NCBI RefSeq assembly: GCF_963921235.1
Contig: NC_086108.1
Span: 28,336,001-28,400,000 of the forward strand
Direction of reading: 5' to 3'
Source: Mobula hypostoma
Lineage: Eukaryota
DNA length: 64,000 nt
Notes under the pieces: model-generated
Told to the model about the DNA's origin: nothing
The model's database searches: none
Seen by the model: the letters and a program-made list of their open reading frames with translations, nothing else
In this document: piece by piece, positions 37,741 through 50,600 of the stretch
Layout of the letters: every line of letters starts with the position of its first letter
How positions within the stretch are numbered: the first letter of the stretch is position 1
Program-made: the position numbers and the translations under genes

Positions 37741-39801
37741 GTAAGGAACCTTTCAAACAAGGACGCTTTCTCCCTCCACTTCGCCACCGTCCTACCTGTC
37801 AGTTCCACACATTCCAGAACCAAGCGAGCAGGAGAGTTGGTACTGGGCCAGGGTGGGTGCACGGATTTGGTGGGGACGGGGCGAGTGGGGAAGAGAGGCT
37901 AGTAGAAGGATATACCAGAGGGAAAAATGACGAGCGACGAACCGCAAAACAGGCAACCTTAATGTATTTCTAGACTGCGGTGCTAATAAGGCCCAAACGA
38001 TTGGTCATGATGTCTATTATTGACGGGAAACGTGATACTGATCTGTGCAGTGAAAGGGCGTGAGTTACAACTTTATATTGAGAATGCTGAAAAGGGTGAG
38101 AGGTAGTATGGTTTATTTAACTGTGGCTTCCGACCGCATAAATCACCTGTTATTAAGTACGACTTCCAGCGATAGGACTGACAGCGCTCGTGTTGGACCG
38201 ATAATGTTGCAGCATTAAGGTAGTGCAATTAAGATATACTTACGAGGCTGCGCTCTCCGCACTGTGCAGTCAAGTCGGAGCCAAGTTCAGTCAGGCAACG
38301 CCGCAAAAAAAAAAGCGTCATTTCTGCTGAAGCCGCTAATGGAGTCGGCAAAGAAATATGTTTAACAAGCAGCCAACAGTCAGTGATCGGGGCAGGAGAT
38401 TTAAAAGGAATGGCGAGGTGCCGAGCCTGTCGGATCCAGATACTGGTACAGCACGAGTAAATTGTCTGAACTGTTTTATCTGTAGGCCATCTCAGATGTA
38501 ATATTGTATCACTTAGGCCTTTCTCATATCTTCGGAATGTCATGAGCTATTCCCCATCTGAAAACGGACATCCTTGAGAAAATCTACCATTATAGGAGGA
38601 CTCTTATCATTTTTAAGGAATAGGTAAAACAAAATCTCACTGCAGTGTTGCAGGGGTATCAGCTGGTTGGGTTTTCAATTACAGGTACCTAGTGGATGAA
38701 AATAGGTATTTACTATTTGCTACTGAAGCTCATCCATTCCACTGAAAAGGCAACGTTGCTCCCTCGCAATGAGCAGGGCAAGGCAGCAATGTGTTTTTGT
38801 TTATGTCAACGCAGTTGACAACTCTCAGCGGCACCGGTCCCATGTCAACAAAATGGAACAGATTTGGTGTTAGGTTAAACTTATTCAAAGCTCTGGACAC
38901 TCGTCCATTTGAGAAATGTATAACCAGTTCCGTTTTGAAACGCTGAAAACAGTATGTGAAATCTCAAAGCATTTATTTCGGTTAACGCATGTTCTTCCGA
39001 AACGATATCCCTGGCGCTGGCCGTGCACAGAATGAATACATTGATACAAAGCCATCAAATACTTCCCATTCATAGCGTTGATCCTACTACCGATTTACAT
39101 CGTTTAGGACAATCTCACCCCTTGTTATTTTAAAATTATGGGAACACAATAGCTGTTGAAGTCCAGGACAATTTATACCTGATTGACACTCTACTTAAGT
39201 GTGGGGGAGTTAGGAATGAACTACCGGACATTGTAAACACCTTTATTCTCGCGTTCAGGATTAATGGAGGCATATCCTGCATTTTTTCCTCTTTTTATTT
39301 CTCATTGAAACTTCATGTCCTTTGCTCTGTATATTTGAAAGCATTTTATATATAACATGCTGCACTGTATGTTTAATTGCTGTAAGTTTATAATTAAAAT
39401 ACTTAAATTAGAAATTGCAACAGCGAAGTATTTCAGAGGGTTGAACATAGTCTCGATATTATTGTACTTCCACGCCAACATTATTCTGTCCGTTCGCTGA
39501 CTTTCTTAAATCAGAAGCCAAGTATACCTTTATTCTATAGTTCAGACCAGCTTTTTAATTGTAACCATTGAATACAGAAATTTCGCTTGAAAATCTATAT
39601 AGCTATTTTACGGTCTATTTGGTTGACTGTGGTCTTCTTGCAAAAACGTTTATTATTTTACGCTAAGGCATCTTTACACCTGAGTGCTTTAGGTTTATGC
39701 ATTCCCACTTGTTTTCTCCCCGATCCGGCATTAGATTCATCCCACTCCCACAGCTTCTGAATCTCTTTCGGCTTGTTGAATTCTCTCCCTCTCCTTTGTA
39801 G

Positions 39802-39973
39802 AGATCCCGCTGTGTGCCGGCTGCAATCAGCACATACTGGATAAGTTCATCCTGAAGGTGCTGGACCGATCTTGGCACAGCAAGTGCCTGAAATGTGCCG
39901 ACTGTCAAGTCCAGCTGGCCGACAAGTGCTTCTCCAGGGCTGGGAACGTCTATTGCAAGGAAGACTTCTTCAA
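39802..39973 (+). CDS. lhx4: Lhx4 coding exon 2, first LIM domain ([58 protein letters not shown])
   Basis: Polypyrimidine tract and TAG acceptor ending at 39801, 172-nt open exon, GTGAGT donor at 39974. Complete LIM ligand set C-x2-C-x17-H-x2-C-x2-C-x2-C-x16-C-x2-[20 protein letters not shown] and CKEDFFK favour Lhx4 over Lhx3. Not present in the ORF track in this frame. Confidence 0.96.
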
Positions 39974-42900
39974 GTGAGTCACACTTGGGTTTACAAATGG
40001 GTAGGGGAAGGAATGGTTTCAGTCCTGCATAGTTTGGGGGAAGGGGGTGGAGAAACCAATGTAATAAACAGCAGTGTCCGCCTCCGCCACAGCCGCGGGA
40101 TTGTCCGTGCCCTCCTCCTTCAGGAGAAACAAGTCATGCCCACTTTCATACATGGCACTTTCCATGCCCTAAAGCACCGCGGGTTACGGAGTTCGTGATT
40201 AATAACAAAACAAACAGTGCGATTTTAACAGACAACGTCCTGGCTTAAATAATCTACATTATTGCTGGATCAGGCAAAGTTATTATTGTTCATTTATGGT
40301 AGTGATGCCCAGGGGCACTCGTCGTGATACCTGATATTCCTGCCACCATACCCACCCCATTGACTCGTTAGTCGCTACTTAGAAATATGGATGATTGTCC
40401 TTTCAAACCCACGCACCAATCTTGTTTCAAACACGCCCTTACTTTGATTGCAGCGGCGTGGTTTCATACGACTTGTCCAGTGTTAGCGCCGGTTGTAAAG
40501 ACGGTGCGAGGAATTGTTTTAAAGAGTAGAAAATGTCGGGAAAATTCAGCGGGTCAGGCAGCATACGTGCGCCGACAGAAACAAATGGTCTTCATCCCTT
40601 AGAAATTCTGCTGTTCTAAATTTGAATCACTATTTGAATATTTTAAAAATGCCAAAATAGATATTGATCCTTGTGTTTATAGTGAGGAGCCCTGTTGCAA
40701 GCATGCTTCGGATCAAAGCAGCGTAGTTGTTCCTGGGGCAAATCGCACCAGTTTGCAATTATAATCAGTAACAGTGATGTGTGTGTGTGGGCGACATTCT
40801 GCTTCGTGTAAATTCGTTCAGTTGGAAAACCCGAAACAAAACATCAAGAATGGTGTTAGATGGGATAGTTAAGGAGGGGCGGGTTTGGTTAAACAACCCA
40901 CAACAAAGGGGGCGGAATATGACCTGTCAGAGCGAAAGAAGGGCTCTCTTCTTCCGTGGTATGAGCAAGATTTGTGAGTAGTTAAGACTGGAGTTAGCAT
41001 GCTGGGGAGCCACAAAGAGAGAGCAACTGGCACTTCTTGAGGCGGAGATTCTGTTTGTTACATTACAAATTGTTATGAGATGCTTTGTGTTAATATTTCC
41101 AGACCAGTCGTACAAATATTATGAAGACAATTGTGTAAATATTCTGTGCCTAGAATTTAGTGCAATCAACCATTAGTTTAAGGGAGTAATCGGTTGAGTC
41201 TGGGGTCCCTCGTCCTCCTCTGGGCCTTCTCTAATGTTGGCTGTTGCTGGAGGGACACTGCCGGGCCAAACAGTAGATATATTTGTCTTTGTGGCACAAT
41301 TAACCTCCCGTAAATAAAGACTGTAGTAGATTTGCAAGCCTGCCGCCTTTATCCTTAGCGAGGAAGCACCGAAACCGGGCAGAGTGCTTGAGAGATAATG
41401 GTCGCAGGCTGCCTGTTAATGTTTTAGCCTTGGCAGAAGTTACTTCGTGCATGGCCACATATCTAGAACTGAATTAACATTTCTGCTAGAATACAACAGT
41501 TCATTGTGCTGGACACGGGCTTTACTGTAAGTGATATTGCAATAAAGTAAACACGCAGAAAGTAACAGATATACACGTCGATATAGTAATGTATATAGAT
41601 ATAAAGATTACATTATAGTTTAGATTTCTGTCTTCAAATGCAGCTAGCTGTATTTAGGCGATCTGTTTATAAAATAAGGAAACATATCGGACATTGTGAG
41701 TGTGTGGAAGAAACAAAGCGTCCAATGTTAATAAAGGAAAGGCGTTCGTGGCATCGAAGATCCGAAAAAACGAACGAAAAAAAAATGTTAGCAGATGCTT
41801 AAGAAGCGTGGTGATTTTTACAGCGGGACCCCTATGTTAGGAATTGCTGAGTACAATCACATTCCTTCAATTTGCAGTTAATGCAACCATTTATAAAATT
41901 CTGTGATTGCTGGGTTTGCTTTTTACAAGTGAAGTTGCACTAGCCGTTCTGGAGTTCTCTTTTTTTGTCCTCTCTCTGTCTCTCTCCTCTTTCGTTCTCC
42001 AATGCTTTATGTTGACCCAAATACTGAAGATTAACTTCTGCGTGTTTGCCACCGTATTACACCGAAAATCCGAGCCTTTAATCACCTCGTGAAACAACAT
42101 CTGTTCACACTCATCGAAGCCCAAAATGCCGACCTCTGGTTGAGATTGTGCGCAATACTGTGCATGTAAAATAAGTACATGTTTTACAAGCAGCGCGTTG
42201 TAAATTAACATATGCAGTTTACCCGTAAATAGGGCGATTCATAGACCCTTCTTTCCACTTAAAATGAACGGAAGAGAAGTCGGTACATTGAATTTCCAGC
42301 ATCGGCAGAATCCCTGTTGTTTACATTGTCAAACCTTTGTTTAAGTCATTGTCGGTATTTATGCAGATTTTGCGGTTTCTTTACAGACCGTTAACGGGTT
42401 TGAAACAGGACTGCTCTGTAATTCGGAATGTTGCATTACAGAGTTTAACTTGGAATGTTTTAAAATCGAAATGATTATTAAATTTGGCAAGCTGTGGTAA
42501 ACCTGGGTGTTTTGCAACTATTGTTAAACTAGCACAGAGAATTACATTATTTCACTTTACCTGACCGCTAAATTGCACGCATCTTTAATAGGTCGTGGTG
42601 TCAGATCATTGTTTACAATTGGAATGTTAAACGATCTGAGTTTGAGTTTTAATTGGCTTTCACGGTCAAATCTTGTGTTAGCAGAAATGGCACACCCGCT
42701 TGACGCGATTAGATACTAGAAACATTTTGTTTAATTTAACATGAAGAACTAAAAGCCTTGCGTTTAACTGCTCAGCGAACGAAAATATAGAGGTTGCAAT
42801 CTGAAGTAACTACTATATACTGTACTTTTTAAATTCAAATTGTGCCTTTATTCGCTAATTTCCAACCAGAATTATATATAGTTCGTTCCGCACTGAAGTC

Positions 42901-45085
42901 AGGAGACCTGCCGCCCGACATTTCTCCTCTGAACCAAATAGCATAACCACACTCATGATTTTTTTAATAAATCGGAACAAAAGTAAATCTAATGCTTGTA
43001 TCTCGGACGATAAAATAAAACGAATTTATATTCATGTTATTTTTCTGCCGAGTTTCAACTGCTTGTAACTGATAATGGATTCAAAAGAACCTGAGAGAGA
43101 AAATCAAACAAGCTGTGACTTTGTTGAATTGACAGCAGGCACGCGAAGCCCGGCAGATATGAAGGTTTGACAATCAGATATTATCTGGTTAGAGTGATTG
43201 AAAAACCCGTATTTCCGTCAAATGAAACACCACTAACTCTACTGAATGTCCCTTCTAGCATAGATTCCCAGTTAGGATGAGACTTTGAAATGAAAGAGGA
43301 TGACTGGTAAATGTGGAGGTACAATGCAAAGTGGATAACATGTGAGCCGCACGAGAGGCGTGAACTGTGGGCAAGATTAGATGGGTGAACCGTGTTGGAT
43401 TGTAGTGTTACTGGGGTTCAGTGTAAAATGGTTGTTTCTAAGGTTGAGTTTCACGTGAACATATTTTGTTATTCACACTTGTGCTCAGCCAAATTTCTTC
43501 TGAACTCGCTTCCAAACTCTATTGGTCCTTCCTGTAAATAAAATTCCTTTCGCCAAGCCGCCCTGATCTCGCCATCCTATTCAGAATCGGAACACCAGCT
43601 ATCTCCCCGGGCCGAGAGCGGCTTCCCGTTGAATCCTGAAACTCCTCAGAAAAATTGAACACGTAATCATTCGAAACACATTTAAAAATAACAGTGAAAA
43701 AATTGAGCGTCTTCCTCATTTTAAATAAGCCTCGTGGATGTGAATTTCCAAGCTCCTCTACAGATACAAGACCAACGAGCGTGTGCACTGAGAATGTGGG
43801 TTCTATTTACCGCAGTTGGTCTGACCGATACGACACTCGTCGGTCGTTGAACCGCTATCGAGAGCATCGCTGCTCTTCACAAATATCTCCTAGCAAAGCT
43901 CAGGAAATACTGCATGCCATTTAAGTGAACTGATAATAAATACCTTTGCTTTAACGATCTTGAAAACAACTGGTCCATTTATTTTTATGTGTTCCTTCCC
44001 AAGTTGGAGAATGATAACTTGTTTTTCTTCACACCAGTTCTTCAGTGTCGCAGGACCTTCTTTCATATAAACACTTCAAAATAGCAAAGGCTGAATACAG
44101 ATCGTGTGTGTGTGTGTGGTGCTGTTGCTGAATTTACGGGATATAACAGTGCAAGAAACGATCTGGAATGAAGGCCAGAGTGGAATCGCACCTGGATTCT
44201 TACTTATTTCAGATATTTTCTTGGGAACCTAGTCCACTACTCTCGCCCTTTCACCAGCTCGGATTACACCGCGGCTGTGGCTCGAAATCTACGCTGTCGG
44301 AGTCGAGTACCCTTTCCTTAAACTCTGCGTCGTCTCTTTGCTGCTGGCTGCGCGTTCACGTGCAGCTCAACACAGCACTTTACCTGGAAATCAGGGCTTA
44401 GGGCTCAACCTGAGTCCGGGGGCAAGTGAACAGCGACTAATCGAAACCACGCAGAGATGAGTTAAACAAATGACGTATTCGTTGTGATGATAATGTGGAA
44501 GTGCCTGGGCGGAGAGGAAACATTGCAAAGGCCCCGAAGTCCAGTGCTTTTGTTTTTGTCCAGTGAATCATTTATTTTGGGGAAATGATGAGACTGTGAA
44601 TATGTCTCTTTATAAAAATAAATGCGGGAATACAAACATTTTAAAAAAGACTACAGATGCTGCACATCTGAATCAAATATAGAAATTACTCGGCAAGTCG
44701 GCCGCATTTGTGGAAAGGCGAGTTTCAGATGGAAGAGCATTTGCTTTGTTTTTGTTTAATGCAGATAGTTGTAAAACAGTTAGATCAACATGTGTGGTTA
44801 AGTAAATACTGGTCCTGTTTTTTGCTAAGTATCTGGCTTCAGACAAAGTTGCATGCAGGATTTCTGAGTCACATGTACTTTTTCTACTTTCGGGCTCTGA
44901 GAGTGCGGTATCAGAGCTAATCTCCCCCAAAGCAGGACATAGCGTTTGAAACTAAAAGTAAACTATCAAGATGTTTTAATAAGAGTTGTGACTGGGTTTG
45001 GAGGGAATGTAAAGTTGGTAGCTCAAACTCATTCTCATTGAGTTTGAGTTGATGTATTTTGGTTTAAATAGAATCAGGAGTGTGG

Positions 45086-45612
45086 AGTGGCCACATTATT
45101 AGGTACACCTTTACACCTGCTTGTTAGTACAAATATCTAATCAGCCAATCATGTGACAGCAACCCAATGCATACAAGCATGTATACGTGTCAAGAAGTTC
45201 AGTTGTTGTTCAGACAAACAAGAAATGTGATCTAAGTGACTGTTGCTGTAAAATGCTTGTTGGTGCCAGAGGAGGTGGTTTGAGTATCACAGAAATTGCT
45301 GATCTCTAGGGATTTTCACACTCAACAGACTATGGAATTTACAGAAAATGGTGCAAAATGCAAAAAAAAAATAGCATCCATTGAACAAGGCACAAACAAC
45401 TTGTTAGTAGGAGAGCTCAGAGACTAAGCTGACAGGAAAGTGATAGCAATTCAAATAACCACCTGCTACCACATTGGTGTGTAGAAGAGCATCTCTGAAT
45501 GCAAACACCTAGAACCTTGACGTGGATGGGTTACAGCAGCAGAAGGCTACCAACATGCACACTGACCATATTATTTCGTACAGGAGGTACCTAATAAAGT
45601 GGCCAATGAATG
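45086..45612 (+). mobile_element. Tc1/mariner-derived non-autonomous element, copy 1
   Basis: TIRs AGTGGCCACATTATTAGGTAC / GTACCTAATAAAGTGGCCAATGAATG followed by TA. The interior is homologous, in reverse, to 51837-52383. Confidence 0.8.
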
Positions 45613-46636
45613 TATCTGGGGCAGCATTTCATAGGATTTTGAAAGCTGTAATTAAGTTTGTGGGATGCAAGTTTTTGTTCCTGATATAGAACAGGCAGTG
45701 ATGATCCTATATACAACATTTGTATGACCAGCTAACAAGTTTTGAAGAGTATTGGATGGCACAGTGTAAGCAGGATACGTATGTTTTGGAGATACCATAA
45801 AGTAGACTGACCAAGATGAACATATAGTGAAATACTGGAAAATTGGCATGTTATTTTTGAGACATAATGCATGGCTTTGAATTTATCCAAGATGAGATAT
45901 AATCAGACTGTTTTTAATAATGATGGGGGCTAAGGCAAGGGGTGACATGTATGAGATCAAATGCAAATTTAGAATAGAGTGTGGAAGCAAGCTCATTACA
46001 AGGATACCTGTGAAAATGAGATATACTCTTCGAGGGTTCAGACAGAAGATGTGTGGGAAATCAAAATTATGTTGGAAAGGGGGAATGACAGGATTGAGAA
46101 ACAGGAGCCAGATCTGGTCGTGTGTTTTCTCAAGCATGATCTTCCATTCCAAAAGGACCCATCTAACTGCCTATACCCCAAGGTGGAATTCCTGCTTTAT
46201 TCCCATGTCTGTTTTTTTTTGGTCCTTCAATTGCAGTTTTGAATATACCCAGTAACTGAGCAGTCACAACCACCCAAAGTAGAAAACTAAAGATTTATAA
46301 CCTTTCTGATTGAAGTTCCTTCTCACCTTATACTGTACCTAAATGGCTGACTACTTCTAAGGCTGTTCTTCAGGGTACAGTCCTAAAAAATAGGTTGAGG
46401 GGAACAGTTTAATTGAATCACAACCATTTATGGAAGGTAGCTGTTGGTGTTTAAGGTTCTAATAGCTTGATTTGATGTGCTAAGTTCTCTATGTTTTTAT
46501 GCTAATTTGCTTAGTTACAGTCTATTTGGGCCATGACCAGACTTGCACAATAAATGATGAGCAACTGTTCAGAGGAGCTATTTATTACCACCCTAGGTGA
46601 TGCGACTCCTGAATCCTCACTCCAGTTGTGCTTCTG

Positions 46637-49600
46637 ATATTGTCAAATGCCTTACTAAACTCCATACAGATCACATCCACTGCACTACCCTCATCTATAT
46701 GCCTGGTCACCTCCTCAAAGAACTCTATCAGGCTTGTTAGACACGATCTGCCCCTCACAAAGCCATGCTGACTATCCCTGATCAGACCATGATTCTCTAA
46801 ATGCCCATAGATCCTATCTCTAAGAATCTTCTCCAATAGCTTTCCCACCACAGACATAAGGCTCACTGGTCTATAATTACCCGGACTATCCCTACTACCT
46901 TTTTTGAACAAGGGGACAACATTCGCCTCCCTCCAATCCTCCGGTACCATTCCCGTGGACAACAAGGACATAAAGATCCTAGCCAGAGGCTCAGCAATCT
47001 CTTCCCTCACCTCGTGGAGCAGCCTGGGGAATATTCTGTCAGGCCCCGGGGACTTATCCATCCTAATGTATTTTAACAACTCCAACACCTCCTCTCCCTT
47101 AATACCAACATGCTCCAGAACATCAACCTCACTCATATTGTCTTCACCATCATCAAGTTCCCTCTCATTGGTGAATACCGAAGAGAAGTATTCATTGAGG
47201 ACCTCGCTCACTTCCACAGCCTCCAGGCACATCTTCCCACCTTTATCTCTGATCGGTCCTACCTTCACTCTCATCATCCTTTTTTTCTTCACATAATTGA
47301 AGAATGCCTTGGAGTTTTCCTTTACCCTACTCGCCAAGGCCTTCTCATGCCCCCTTCTTGCTCTTCTCAGCCCCTTCTTAAGCTCCTTTCTTGCTTCCCT
47401 ATATTCCTCAATAGACCCATCTGATCCTTGCTTCCTAAACCTCATGTATGCTGCCTTCTTCCCCCGACTAGATTTTCTACCTCACTTGTCACCCATGGTT
47501 CCTTCACCCTACCGTTCTTTATCTTCCTCACCGGGACAAATTTATCCCTAACATCCTGCAAGAGATCTCTAAACATCGACCACATGTCCATAGTACATTT
47601 CCCTGCAAAAACATCATCCCAATTCACACCCACAAGTTCTAGCCTTATAGCCTCAATTTGCCCTTCCCCAATTAAAAATTTTCCTGTCCTCTCTGACTCT
47701 ATCCTTTTCCATGATAAATGCTAAAGGCCAGGGAGCAGTGGTCACTGTTCCCCAGATGCTCACCCACTGAGTGATCTGTGACCTGACCCAGTTCATTACC
47801 TAGTACTAGATCTAGCATAGCATTCCCCCTAGTCGGCCTGTCTACATATTTTGACAGGAATCCATCCTGGACACACTTAACAAACTCTGCCCTATCTAAA
47901 CCCTTGGAACTAATCAGGTGCCAATCAATATTAGGGAAGTTAAAGTCACCCACGATATCAACCCTGTTATTTTTGCACCTTTCCAATATCTGCCTCCCTA
48001 TCTGCTCTCTGCATGTCTGCTGCTACCAGGGGGCCTATAGAATACCCCCAATAGAGAAACTGCTCCCTTCCTGTTCCTGACTTCCACCCATACTGACTCA
48101 AAAGAGGATCCTGCTACATTACCCACCCTTTCTGTAGCTGTAATAGTATCCCTGACCAGTAATGCCACCCCTCCTCCCCTTTTCCCCCACTCTCTATCCC
48201 TTTTAGGGCACTGAAATCCAGGAATATTGAGAATCCATTCCTGCCCTGGTGCCAGCCAAGTCTCTGTAATGGCCACTACATCATAATTCCATGTATGTAT
48301 CCAAGCTCTCAGTTCATCACCTTTGTTCCTGATGCTTCTTGCACTGAGGTACACACATTTCAGCCCTTCTACCTTACTACATTTACACTGTTTACTCTGC
48401 TTCTCTTTCCTCAAAGCCTCTCTATATGTTAGATCTGGCTTTACTCCATGCACTTCTTTCACTGCTCTATTGCTCTGGACCCCATCCCCCTTGCAAATTA
48501 TTTAAACCCTCCCGAACCATGCTAGCAAACCTACCTGCAAGGATATTGCTCCCCCTCGAGTTCATGTGCAACCCATCCAATCTGTACAGGTCCCACCTTC
48601 CCCAGAAGAGATCCCAATGATCCAAAAATCTAAAACCCTGCCCCCTGCACCAACTCCTCAGCCACGCATTCAACTGCCATCTCCTACAATTCTTACCATC
48701 ACTGTCACGTAGCACTGGCAGCAATCCTGAGAACGCCACTCAAGGTCCTGTTCTTCAGCCTTCTGCCTAGTTCCCAAAACTCACACTTCAGGACCTCATC
48801 CCTCTTCCTGCCTATGTCATTGGTACAACATGTATCATGACTTCTGGCTGCTTTCCCTCTCGTACCAGGATGTCATGCACCCGGTCAGAGACATCCCAGA
48901 CCCTGGCACCCAGGAGGCAACAAACCATGCAGGTGTCCTTTTCACCTCCACAAAATCTCCTGTCTGCTCCCCTGACTGTAGAGTCTCCAATGACGACAGC
49001 TCTCCTCTTCTCTGTCCCACCCTTCTGCACCACCGGGTCAGACTCAGTGCTGGAGGCCCTGCCACCGTGGCTCACACCTGGTCAGTCGTCCCTGCCAACA
49101 GTATCCAGGACAGTAAATTTATTATTCAGGGGAATGGCTACAGGGGTGCTCTGCACTACCTGTCTGCTCACCTTCGCTTTCCCTCCCCTGACTGTCACCA
49201 ACGACCTGCTTCCGACAGCCTAGATGTGACTACCTCCCTGTAGCTCTCATCTATGACTGCCTCATTCTCCCTTATGAGTCGAAGGTCATCCAGCTGCTGC
49301 TCCAGATTCCTTACATGGTCTTCCAGATCGCCCAGCCGTATGCACTTCTGGCAGATGTGACTCTGCGGGAGAGGGACATTCCCCCAAGACTGCCACATCT
49401 CACATGAGAGGCACATCACCGTCTCAGGAGGCATTGTAAAGGCTAACTGCGAGCTAGCTTGTCCACCGCCTCTTCTCATCAAAGCCTCAAAGCTCCACTC
49501 CTTCACTGGCCACTTCGCTTGAGCTATCCCTCTATTTATCTGTTTGAGCTTTTCAAAATGCTTAGTCACCTGACCTCAACTGCCCAATCAGCTGCTTTCT

Positions 49601-49780
49601 GCTGAGTCTGAGCTATTCAAATCTTGATTGTCTAATCAACGGCTTTCTGCTGATCTATTCAAATCTTGATTGAGTTGATTGCACAGACCAACTGCCAAAA
49701 CTGCCAGAATCTCTCGAGTCAAAGCCTCAAAGCTCCATTCCTTCACTGGCCCACTCACTCACTGGCCACTTTCCACAGCA
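46637..49780 (-). mobile_element. Relatively young CR1 LINE with 5' UTR, ORF1 (zinc finger/leucine zipper + SGNH esterase) and 5' part of ORF2; 3' end missing
   Basis: CLSCEMW..HICQKC..LEQQLDDLRLIR; VVIGDSTVRG..GARV..DGLHMN; YDVVAITETWL; VGDFNFPNIDW; the RT ends abruptly at FSKAFDN (~46640). Frameshifted. Confidence 0.93.
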
Positions 49781-50214
49781 AACAGCAAAACATAGATTCA
49801 AAAACTATATAATTTTTTAAAAGTGGGTTAGATAAAACATTTTCTTCCACTAAATTTCAAATTGGTAGAAAATTTCAATGCCTTGACAATGAATTAAGAG
49901 TAGTTTGCACAAGCGGCGTGGCCTGATTCTCCTGCTCCCAGAAGGCATGAATTTCTGTTAACCATGCCTTCGTTCATCATGTTGTGAGATGCAGTGGTCC
50001 TTCCAAAGAAGCATTATATTACATTTTAAAAATCCTGTTTCTTGAAGGAGCTTTTGTTTGGATCTTCCCCATTGTTATTACTCAGGTTTTGGAACTGAAC
50101 CTATGTGTACAACAGGCCTCCTGTGTTGTTTGAGGCTGATAGCCATAACCCAGGAACAGAACCTGTGTTTCTCAATCTGAATGCCTGATGCCACCCTGTT
50201 CCCTATTTGCATAT

Positions 50215-50600
50215 GTACTTAATGCCCATTACACTGCTGGCATTTAGGGAAGCAAAGAAGGTCCTCCATCTCTGTCTGTCCTTTGCCATCTTCTCGATTG
50301 TGCCCCAGGTGTAGTTCAGCTTTCTCATTCTGCCTTTACCGTCTTTGGTCTCTCACATTTCCTCCACCAATCAATGAAGTGCTGTCTTGATGATGCAGTT
50401 GGCCTCTTCACATATTTCCTCATGCGGCCATGTCATCTTGATGACACTGAAGGCGTGAGGCGTGGTTGGAAATCTTTCTTGGCCCGAAAATATGGAGGAT
50501 CTTCTCAAGGCTCCTAGTGTGGAATAACAACAGCTTGGGAAGATCACTCTCTGTCCTGTGCCAGCATTCTGACCGTACTTGCATATCCCTGATTTTTTTT
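50215..50600 (-). mobile_element. RTE-clade LINE 3' fragment
   Basis: The minus strand translates to MRKLNYTWGTIEKMAKDRQRWRTFFASLNA, a typical RTE C-terminus. Confidence 0.65.

Noticed and set aside
37593..37973. 126-aa ORF as a single-exon gene
   Set aside because: Only 37665-37740 matches Lhx4; the rest is UTR and read-through past the GTAAGG donor.
39872..40198. 108-aa ORF overlapping exon 2
   Set aside because: It is an off-frame shadow of the LIM exon running into the intron.
46585..49569. Active autonomous retrotransposon
   Set aside because: ORF1 and ORF2 are fragmented and the 3' half of the RT is absent.
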